A stretch of 64,000 bases of DNA from the NCBI GenBank assembly GCA_002420425.1, contig DIIC01000044.1, forward strand, positions 68,743 to 132,742, written 5' to 3'. The notes beneath the pieces are model-generated. The model did no database searches. It was not told the origin of the DNA and saw nothing but the letters and a program-made list of their open reading frames with translations. The first letter of the stretch is position 1. Every line of letters starts with the position of its first letter. This DNA comes from Proteobacteria bacterium UBA5680 (GTDB lineage Bacteria > Pseudomonadota > Gammaproteobacteria > Arenicellales > UBA5680). The translations under genes were made by a program, and so were the position numbers. Below are positions 56,043 to 64,000 of the stretch, piece after piece.

Positions 56043-57452
56043 TTAAACGCTGTAATACATTTCAAACTCAATGGGATGTGTTGCCATCCGCATACGGTTG
56101 ACCTCTTCCATCTTCAGTTCAATATAGGCATCGATCATCTCATCACTCATTACCCCGCCCGCTTTAAGAAAATCACGATCCTGGTCGAGAGCCTCCAATG
56201 CAATATCAAAACCAACAGCAACCGTTGGAACCTGCTTCTCCTCTTCAGGCGGAAGGTCGTAGAGGTCTTTTTCGAATGGGTCACCCGGATGAATCTTATT
56301 CTGGATGCCATCAAGTCCCGCCATCAGCATAGAGACAAAGGCCAGATAGGGGTTGGCTGTTGAGTCAGGAAAACGGATCTCAATCCGGCGCCCCTCTGGG
56401 TTGGCTTCATATGGGATGCGACACGAAGCAGAGCGGTTACGTGCAGAGTAGGCAAGCAACACGGGGGCCTCAAAACCGGGAACCAGGCGCTTATAGCTAT
56501 TAGTGCTGGCATTTGCAAAAGCATTAATGGCGCGCGCATGTTTGAAAACACCACCGATATAGTAGAGCGCTGTTTCTGAGAGGCCGCCGTATTCATCACC
56601 ATTGAAGACATTGACTCCATCTTTAGCAAGAGACTGGTGTACATGCATGCCATTGCCATTGTCACCAACCAGCGGTTTGGGCATAAAGGTTGCCGTCATT
56701 CCATGGAGATGGGCGACGTTATGAACACAGTACTTATAGAGCTGCGACTCATCGGCCTTACGGACCAGGGTGTTGAATTGAACACCAATCTCACCCTGTC
56801 CTGCAGTCCCTACCTCATGGTGATGCACCTCTACCGGAAGACCCATCTCTTCCATTGCCAGACACATGGCTGAACGCACATCCTGTTGAGAGTCAACCGG
56901 GGGAACTGGAAAATAGCCGCCCTTTACACCTGGACGATGTCCAATATTGCCGTCTTCATAGGACTTGCCTGCATTCCATGACGCTTCAGATGAGTCAATG
57001 TGGTAGTAAGACTCGCCGATGCTGGAGTCCCAGCGGACATCATCGAAAATAAAGAACTCAGACTCGGGGCCGAAATAAGCCGTATCTGCAATTCCGGTTG
57101 ATTTTAGATAGGCTTCAGCCCGCTTGGCCACAGAGCGGGGATCACGATCATAGCCCTGCATGGTTGTCGGCTCAATGATATCGCATCGAACCAGCAGGGT
57201 GGTATCCTGTAAAAATGGATCGATAACTGCACTTGAAGGGTCGGGCATCAGGATCATGTCAGACTCATTAATGCCCTTCCAGCCGGCAATCGATGAACCG
57301 TCAAACATCTTTCCTGCTTCAAATGTTGACTCGTCAATTGTGGACGCCGGCACAGAGACATGCTGCTCTTTACCGTGTGTATCAGTAAACCGGAAGTCGA
57401 TAAACTTAACGTTGTTTTCCTTGATGCTGTTAATCACATCTGTTCCAGACAT
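56043..57452 (-). CDS. glnA: Glutamine synthetase type I
   Basis: [33 protein letters not shown], and the adenylylation-site context [10 protein letters not shown]. Start trimmed to ATG 57452; the ORF track extends to 57557. Confidence 0.95.
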   Translation of the reverse strand: MSGTDVINSIKENNVKFIDFRFTDTHGKEQHVSVPASTIDESTFEAGKMFDGSSIAGWKGINESDMILMPDPSSAVIDPFLQDTTLLVRCDIIEPTTMQGYDRDPRSVAKRAEAYLKSTGIADTAYFGPESEFFIFDDVRWDSSIGESYYHIDSSEASWNAGKSYEDGNIGHRPGVKGGYFPVPPVDSQQDVRSAMCLAMEEMGLPVEVHHHEVGTAGQGEIGVQFNTLVRKADESQLYKYCVHNVAHLHGMTATFMPKPLVGDNGNGMHVHQSLAKDGVNVFNGDEYGGLSETALYYIGGVFKHARAINAFANASTNSYKRLVPGFEAPVLLAYSARNRSASCRIPYEANPEGRRIEIRFPDSTANPYLAFVSMLMAGLDGIQNKIHPGDPFEKDLYDLPPEEEKQVPTVAVGFDIALEALDQDRDFLKAGGVMSDEMIDAYIELKMEEVNRMRMATHPIEFEMYYSV

Positions 57453-57641
57453 TGGGTAACTCCCTTTAAAATAAATTAAGCCGATGGTGCGACTTATCGG
57501 TATTGTAAGTAATGAGACGACACCGTCTTCTCGTTGCAAAAGCCGAATAATCCACAATGGACATTTTCAGACCGTCTGCAAACACTTGTAGTAGTCCCAC
57601 CAGTGATCGCCGACCACGGTAAAACCTCAACCCTCAATATT

Positions 57642-57658
57642 AAGCAGGATTCGTGCCA
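57642..57658 (-). promoter_or_regulatory. Sigma-54 (-24/-12) promoter of glnA
   Basis: The minus strand reads TGGCACGAATCCTGCTT, with GG and GC at the correct 10-nt spacing against the consensus TGGCAC-N5-TTGCW. It lies about 190 nt upstream of the glnA ATG. Confidence 0.75.
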
Positions 57659-57716
57659 CTGTCTATAATTGATAACCTATTGTTTATTATAAATAAATAT
57701 TCGCCAAATCCTTCCT

Positions 57717-57765
57717 TGCGCACCATTATCATGCATTATCTTCTCTCTACGCACCAATGATGTGC
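57717..57765. promoter_or_regulatory. Two NtrC-type enhancer sites upstream of glnAp
   Basis: tGCGCACCAttatCATGCa (57717-57735) and GCACCAatgatGTGC (57751-57765). Both share the cgcaccattat/cgcaccaat core with the ntrB site and lie about 60-120 nt upstream of the sigma-54 promoter. Confidence 0.55.
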
Positions 57766-57766
57766 G

Positions 57767-58969
57767 CTAATGGTAGAGGACGTCGATTGAACTGACCAGC
57801 CCCAATACCGGATCATCAGCACAATCAGCAAGAGATCTGCGCAACAGGTCACGAAAGCCGAAGAGATCACCCTCGTGGGGCAGGGCCGAGAGGGAGACGA
57901 CCGCCTCTACCTGAACCTGGCGATTGAGATAGTGAAAATTGAAGTGCTCCACCGCAGGAGCGTGGGGCAGCCGTTCAAAATGCTCCTTGAGCGCCTCCTC
58001 AAGATTATGCCGATTGGGAAGTTTTTCAATGTCTTCTTCGAACTGGTCGTCTTCTGGATCAATATGCACCATAACATCTGTTAATTCCTCAAAATTATCC
58101 AACAAGAAGCATCGCACCTTTTCACTGATATGGTGGCCCTCAGAGATAGAAACCTCTCCATCAACTTCAATATGAAGATCGACCAGTGCACGCCCCCCCA
58201 TCCGTCGTGTCCTCATCATGTGGAGCCCCTCGACGCCTTCCACCTCCATTACAGCACTTTTCAGCTCACTAATCTGGTGTTCATCCAAGCCCGTATCAAC
58301 CAGCTCCTGTGTCGCCTCCCAGCCCAGGCGCCAGCCTATCCGTCCAATCATCATCGCAACAATAATTGCCGCAACACTATCAAGGGCCGGAATACCGGCA
58401 ATACTTCCCCCTATTCCAACCAGAACAATCACCGATGAGAGCGCATCACTACGGTGGTGCCAGGCATTTGCCCTGAGCAGACTCGAGTCAAAACGGTCAG
58501 CAACAATAATAGTAAAGCGATAGAGCGCCTCCTTCGCCCCAACGGCTACTGCAGCAGCAATCAGTGCTGAGAGCGTCGGGACAATAATCTCACCAGGCTC
58601 CAGCAGTCGTTCAATCGCCCGCATCACAATGCCCACCGCGGCGACCCCAAGCAAAACTCCAACAGCAACCGTGGCCACGGTTTCAAAACGCGAGTGGCCA
58701 TAGGGATGCTCTCGATCCGCCTCTTTACTGCCCTGGCGAATCGCCAGAAAAACGATGACATCACTAATTAAATCTGAGAGGGTGTGTACTCCATCTGCAA
58801 CCAACGCCTGAGAGTGGCCAATAATTCCAACCACGAACTGAGCGGTAGCAAGACCTATATTGACCAGCACCCCAATCAGGGTAATTCGGATGCTCGCCTT
58901 ATAACGCCGCGGGCCTGAATGGTCGAGCGCCCCTGTTGAAGGTTGTTCGCTGCTCCCTCTATTCATCAA
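57767..58969 (-). CDS. Cation diffusion facilitator (CDF) family metal efflux transporter with extended C-terminal domain
   Basis: 400 aa. TM2 HTLSDLISD and TM5 HHRSDALSS (HxxxD metal site), a cytoplasmic ZT-dimer domain, and an extra C-terminal extension of about 90 aa. Confidence 0.85.
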   Translation of the reverse strand: MMNRGSSEQPSTGALDHSGPRRYKASIRITLIGVLVNIGLATAQFVVGIIGHSQALVADGVHTLSDLISDVIVFLAIRQGSKEADREHPYGHSRFETVATVAVGVLLGVAAVGIVMRAIERLLEPGEIIVPTLSALIAAAVAVGAKEALYRFTIIVADRFDSSLLRANAWHHRSDALSSVIVLVGIGGSIAGIPALDSVAAIIVAMMIGRIGWRLGWEATQELVDTGLDEHQISELKSAVMEVEGVEGLHMMRTRRMGGRALVDLHIEVDGEVSISEGHHISEKVRCFLLDNFEELTDVMVHIDPEDDQFEEDIEKLPNRHNLEEALKEHFERLPHAPAVEHFNFHYLNRQVQVEAVVSLSALPHEGDLFGFRDLLRRSLADCADDPVLGLVSSIDVLYH

Positions 58970-58984
58970 ATAATCATCCTATCC

Positions 58985-59236
58985 TTAACGTTTGGTCTCG
59001 CCGCCTGCGATCTCGATGATGATCTCAATCTCTCCATTATGGTCAACAGCGGAGAGTAATCGATGACCATTAATCCGGCACCAGGCAGGAATATCATTCA
59101 GGGCTCCCGGATCTGTACAGTGAACCACCAGTTCATCGCCTTTGGCAAGCTGGGTAACCCTCTCCTGAGTCCGAATCACTGGCATCGGACATAACAGCCG
59201 GCGAGCATCAATACTATATCGGCTCACAGATACCAC
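58985..59236 (-). CDS. TusA/SirA-family sulfur carrier protein
   Basis: 83 aa. The DARRLLCPMPVIRT motif has the conserved Cys-Pro-x-Pro. It overlaps the upstream PP-loop gene by 13 nt. Confidence 0.8.
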   Translation of the reverse strand: MVSVSRYSIDARRLLCPMPVIRTQERVTQLAKGDELVVHCTDPGALNDIPAWCRINGHRLLSAVDHNGEIEIIIEIAGGETKR

Positions 59237-60267
59237 CCCTTTGGAACCTCTTCGGGCTTCATCGGCCTGACCTCAAGGCTGCGTCCCCTTTCACCAGGCA
59301 CGGCCAGCTCAATAGTGACGATCCCGCTATCACGGCCCTGGCCAAAACGGGCTACCACCCTTGCTGCCAGCTCCAGCTCCTCTTCCCCAGCATCCCCCTC
59401 CACCAGGCATAACGGGCCAGGATGGCTGATCGAGCTCAGGGTGATAAATGTTTTTTGGTAGCCCTGAAGAAAACGACTCTCCCCCTCATCCCGGGCGACA
59501 ATCAATTTATAGTGAGAAGCGGGACGCAAGTGCCGACCCACTTTCAGCAGCATGATGTCATCAAGCTCATAATCCTTCTCCCCTCGGTGGTTCCATAAAT
59601 CTTTAAGCTTTCTTGAATAGTTCTCATCAGTCAAAAAACAGCACCCACCAGCAGGCTGAGACCACTCATCGAAACCATAACTTTGAGCAAGCTCAATTTG
59701 AGGCTTTCGAGAGCGGCCACTAAAGCTGTGGAGTTGCGCTCTATCCACCCAACCCTCTTGTTCGGGAAGAGTCTGTGTTAACAACCCGGCACACAGCGGC
59801 CTTAGGAGACGGTCTCCAGCACCTGACGCACGGGCAACAACAGGCAGCGTCTCCTTGCGCTGACTTTTCGGGCGCTGCCCCACCACCTCACCAGTGATTA
59901 TAAAATCAAACCCATGCTGTTCCATCCACTCTCTTGCCTTGGCAACCATAAAGGCTTTGCAGTCAAGACAGGGGTTAAGATTTGCACCATAGCCATGGTG
60001 CGGATTGAGAAGAATGTTTTTGTATTCCTGGATAATATCGATGATGTGCAGTTTTATTCCCAACTGCTCAGCACACCAGAGAGCGCTGTTGCGTTTTGGT
60101 TTTTTCCGATCCTTGTTACGAATTGCGTGGGTATGGCCCTCAACACAAAAGCCTGTATAGAAGTTTATCCCTTCAACATAGATGCCCTGCTCCTGTATCA
60201 CCCTGACAGCGAGCATGGAGTCTAATCCTCCCGAGATAAGGGCTACCGCCTGGCGCGAAGTATTCAT
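59224..60267 (-). CDS. PP-loop ATP pyrophosphatase, ThiI/MnmA-like putative thiolation enzyme (no THUMP domain)
   Basis: 347 aa. The N-terminal ALISGGLDS PP-loop, a CxxC (NPCLDCK), GEVVGQRP and GGCCF. The exact subfamily is not recognised. Confidence 0.65.
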   Translation of the reverse strand: MNTSRQAVALISGGLDSMLAVRVIQEQGIYVEGINFYTGFCVEGHTHAIRNKDRKKPKRNSALWCAEQLGIKLHIIDIIQEYKNILLNPHHGYGANLNPCLDCKAFMVAKAREWMEQHGFDFIITGEVVGQRPKSQRKETLPVVARASGAGDRLLRPLCAGLLTQTLPEQEGWVDRAQLHSFSGRSRKPQIELAQSYGFDEWSQPAGGCCFLTDENYSRKLKDLWNHRGEKDYELDDIMLLKVGRHLRPASHYKLIVARDEGESRFLQGYQKTFITLSSISHPGPLCLVEGDAGEEELELAARVVARFGQGRDSGIVTIELAVPGERGRSLEVRPMKPEEVPKGWYL

Positions 60268-60508
60268 GTCTTTTCAATTCAAACGGTGATAACTGGACAG
60301 GGGGGAGTCTAGCAACGGCGCTGCAAAGCTGCCACAACACCCGTGCCCAACCCGCAGGTCTCATCAGTAGCGGCAGGTGGGCAGATAGCGCCCTCTCCGG
60401 GGAATAGATTATTATTTATTGCTTAAAGCAAAGGCCCTGGGGATCAATCCGGCAGAGAGGATTTCGGGTTTCTTCGAGCTGCAGAAAGAACAAGTCAGAA
60501 ACTCTGGT

Positions 60509-61177
<669 letters not shown>

Positions 61178-61602
61178 TTAGTATTGATTTGCCTGAAAAA
61201 TACCAAACAAAGGCATCATCAGTTATCTCCGCTTAACTCTATCCAGACCCCTATTTGATGACTACAAGAAATCAGAAGTCAACCGACTTTATCTGGAAGA
61301 GGAAAGATGCCCCCCTAAAACCATCAACTCATCTTATTGATTCCAAGAGCAGTTAAAAGATCACCTCTTTTCCTTGTGAGTCCTTAAAATCCCTGGCTGA
61401 TTTGTTTTAAAACCAGGCCTTGCCAGAATGATCGTGTATCAAAATGGGGGTCAATTATCAATAATTCGGGTCGTTGACTTCAAACCGAGTTTTTCAATCG
61501 GGCAATGCTAATGGTTTATGGCCCAGAATTGGCCCGAGTCACGCTATAATGCGGCGCACGGGGGAAACCAACCCCGTCAACACAACTTAAACTAGCGAAA
61601 AA

Positions 61603-62484
61603 GTGAACTTTCAGGACCTAATTCTCAACCTTCAGCACTACTGGGCAGAACAGGGCTGCCTGCTGATGCAGCCCTATGATCTGGAAGTAGGTGCGGGCAC
61701 CTTCCACACTGCCACCTTCCTCGCCGCTATTGGCCCGGAGCCCATAAGTGCGGCCTATGTTCAGCCCTCCCGTCGACCTACTGATGGACGATATGGAGAT
61801 AATCCCAATCGTCTGCAACACTATTTTCAGTTTCAAGTGGTGATCAAACCTTCACCCAACAACTTCCAGGAGCTCTATCTGGGCTCTCTCGCCGACCTCG
61901 GAATAGACTTTCTAACAGATGATGTCCGGTTTGTCGAAGACAACTGGGAGAGCCCCACACTGGGCGCATGGGGGCTTGGCTGGGAGGTTTGGCTGAACGG
62001 AATGGAGGTTACCCAGTTTACCTATTTCCAGCAGGTGGGTGGTCTCGACTGTAACCCGGTGATGGGTGAGATTACCTACGGCCTTGAGCGCATCGCCATG
62101 TACCTGCAGGGGGTTGATAACGTTTTTGACCTGGTGTGGTCCAACGATTATCTCTATCGTGATCTCTACCACCAGAATGAGGTCGAACAATCAACCTACA
62201 ACTTTGAGGTTGCCGATGTGGATGGCCTCTTCAACTGGTTTGATCAGTGCGAAGCCGTTTGTCACAAACTGGTGGAACTAAAACTGCCTCTGCCCGCCTA
62301 CGAACAGGTACTCAAAAGCTCTCACACCTTCAACCTGCTTGATGCCCGACACGCGATCAGCGTTACTGAACGAGCTCGCTTTATTGGTCGGGTTAGAGAT
62401 ATGGCCAAAGCGGTTGCTGATACCTACTACAAAAGCCGTGAAGAAGCCGGTTTTCCCCGAGGAAAAAACCATGCCGGCAGCTAA
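61603..62484 (+). CDS. glyQ: Glycine--tRNA ligase alpha subunit
   Basis: 293 aa with a GTG start, near-colinear with E. coli GlyQ ([50 protein letters not shown]). Confidence 0.95.
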   Translation: MNFQDLILNLQHYWAEQGCLLMQPYDLEVGAGTFHTATFLAAIGPEPISAAYVQPSRRPTDGRYGDNPNRLQHYFQFQVVIKPSPNNFQELYLGSLADLGIDFLTDDVRFVEDNWESPTLGAWGLGWEVWLNGMEVTQFTYFQQVGGLDCNPVMGEITYGLERIAMYLQGVDNVFDLVWSNDYLYRDLYHQNEVEQSTYNFEVADVDGLFNWFDQCEAVCHKLVELKLPLPAYEQVLKSSHTFNLLDARHAISVTERARFIGRVRDMAKAVADTYYKSREEAGFPRGKNHAGS

Positions 62485-64000
62485 ATCGACACCGGCATCA
62501 AATAGAACGTCCTGTGGGGACAAATCAGAGACGCTGCTGTTTGAAATTGGGTGTGAAGAGATTCCCCCAAGGCTGGTTCCATTACTGGGGAGCTCCCTCG
62601 CCAGTAACCTGCTTGCCCGCCTCCATCAGGCAGCACTCACCACCGCCACTTCTGAAGAGATCTCCTGGTATGCCACCCCGAGACGCCTTGCGGTCTCCAT
62701 TCCCGCTGTTATCAAGCAGCAACCCGATCGAAGTGTTGAACGAAAAGGACCTGCTCTGGCTGCAGCTTTTAATCAAGCTGGAGAACCTACTCGTGCCGCT
62801 GAAGGGTTTGCCCGCTCGTGTGGTGTAGAGGTAAAAGCTCTTGAACAAATCGCGACCCCTAAAGGGAGCTGGCTCATCTACAGACAGGAGGAAAGTGGTA
62901 AGGAAGCAAAAACGCTCATTCCTGGTTGTCTCAGTGATGCCCTCTCTGCCCTGCCCTTGCCAAAAAAGATGCGCTGGGGCGACAGCGCTATTGAGTTTAT
63001 TCGTCCGGTCCAGTGGATGCTGCTCCTGCATGGGAAAAAAGTGATCGAAACAGAGATGCTTGGGCTTAAGACCGGGCGTCTGACCCGGGGCCATCGCTTT
63101 CACGCCCCTGGGGAGATCTCTCTTAAAGAAGCGAGTCAATATGAGTCACGACTCCTTGATGAGGGCAAGGTGATTGCCTGTTTTGAAGCACGAAGATCGG
63201 AAATAGAGAGACAGGTCGAGAGGCTGGCCGTTGAAGGTGGTGGTCAGGCACATAACCAGGATGCCCTTCTTGATGAGGTCACCGGATTGGTTGAATGGCC
63301 GCACGGCCTTCTTGGTGAGATCGACAAAGAGTTCATGACAATCCCTGCCGAGGCCTTAATATCTGCAATGCGAGACCACCAGAAATATTTCCATCTCAGG
63401 GATCCAAAAGGTGGATTAATACCCGCGTTTATCACTATTTCAAATATTGACAGCAAAAACCCCAGAGAGGTCAAAGCAGGAAATGAGCGAGTGCTTAGAG
63501 CGCGGCTCTCAGATGCCCGGTTCTTCTGGGAGACAGATAAACTCACCCGGCTTGAGCAACAGAGCAAGCGCCTTGGGGGGATTACCTTTCACCATCGGCT
63601 GGGAACCGTGATGGAAAAGTGTCAACGCCTCGAACAGATCTCAGTAGAGACGTCTCACCTTTTCGGCGCTGATCCCGCTCTGGCTCAACGAGCCGCTCAG
63701 CTGGCAAAAGCCGATCTGGTGACCGAGATGGTGGGTGAGTTCCCACAACTCCAGGGTGTCATGGGACGCTACTATGCCCTCAATGATGGTGAGCCCGAAA
63801 GAGTAGCTGCTGCAATCGAGGGGCACTACCGGCCACGTTTCGCCGGTGATGATCTGCCCAACAACCCGGAGGGAAGAGCGGTTGCCACAGCTGACAAAAT
63901 AGATACCCTTGTTGGCGTTTTTGCTGCAGATGAAGAGCCCAGCGGTGACCGTGACCCCTATGGGCTCCGTCGTGCCGCTCTTGGTGTATTGCGAATCTTG
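62471..64000 (+). CDS. glyS: Glycine--tRNA ligase beta subunit, N-terminal ~510 codons (runs off window end)
   Basis: Not in ORF track because there is no stop in the window. Own translation from ATG 62471 gives ...[16 protein letters not shown]...YATPRRLA... and ...[16 protein letters not shown] at the window end. It overlaps the glyQ stop by 14 nt. Confidence 0.9.
   Translation, partial: MPAAKSTPASNRTSCGDKSETLLFEIGCEEIPPRLVPLLGSSLASNLLARLHQAALTTATSEEISWYATPRRLAVSIPAVIKQQPDRSVERKGPALAAAFNQAGEPTRAAEGFARSCGVEVKALEQIATPKGSWLIYRQEESGKEAKTLIPGCLSDALSALPLPKKMRWGDSAIEFIRPVQWMLLLHGKKVIETEMLGLKTGRLTRGHRFHAPGEISLKEASQYESRLLDEGKVIACFEARRSEIERQVERLAVEGGGQAHNQDALLDEVTGLVEWPHGLLGEIDKEFMTIPAEALISAMRDHQKYFHLRDPKGGLIPAFITISNIDSKNPREVKAGNERVLRARLSDARFFWETDKLTRLEQQSKRLGGITFHHRLGTVMEKCQRLEQISVETSHLFGADPALAQRAAQLAKADLVTEMVGEFPQLQGVMGRYYALNDGEPERVAAAIEGHYRPRFAGDDLPNNPEGRAVATADKIDTLVGVFAADEEPSGDRDPYGLRRAALGVLRIL

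Noticed and set aside
56043-57557. Long N-terminal extensions in the ORF track for glnA. The same applies to ahcY (to 51508), thyA (to 38666), rpiA (to 28522), metF (to 50019), bioY, yggX, zapE, the GFA protein and DUF465.
   Set aside because: The extensions use upstream alternative starts, add non-homologous residues and often overlap the neighbouring gene. Internal ATGs preceded by Shine-Dalgarno sequences align with the known N-termini, so the coordinates were trimmed.
62582-63139. 185-aa ORF antisense to glyS, and the +3-frame ORF 62514-62828.
   Set aside because: The glyS frame starting at 62471 is missing from the track only because it has no stop in the window. It gives canonical GlyS sequence through to position 64000, so these ORFs are overlaps in the wrong frame or strand.

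Overview
64-kb chromosomal window with Gammaproteobacteria-like synteny (dapF-DUF484-xerC, mutY-yggX, yejABEF, thyA-folA, metK-ahcY-metF-metH, glnA-ntrBC, adk, glyQS). G+C is a little above 50% by eye. I support about 60 protein genes and two tRNAs (Phe-GAA, Gly-CCC). I saw no rRNA, CRISPR, transposase, integrase-bearing island or prophage genes, and most content is housekeeping. The stand-out locus is a tightly coupled five-gene operon at 19.2-24.35 kb. It encodes a Bzd/Bcr-type four-subunit complex: two HgdAB/BcrBC-like Fe-S catalytic subunits plus two different HgdC/BcrAD-type ATPases. Its first catalytic subunit is fused in-frame to a complete TetR-family regulator. A small Cys-containing ORF follows, a stand-alone Lrp/AsnC RAM-domain gene lies divergently, and no aromatic or acyl-CoA pathway genes are nearby. 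I regard it as an uncharacterised ATP-driven low-potential redox or dehydratase system with a built-in regulator. Other points worth a second look: dapF carries Ser where the second catalytic Cys is expected. The methyl-cycle operon has a terminator/antiterminator leader upstream of metK. A 726-bp non-coding region upstream of an RND pump carries repeated motifs. An AT-rich PmtA-like methyltransferase islet abuts tRNA-Phe. There are three unusual operons: pepN-VWA-J-domain, PP-loop-TusA-CDF and PBP-thyA-folA-orf. A Cys/Trp-rich lipoprotein gene is appended to ntrC. Two short gene relics are also present.
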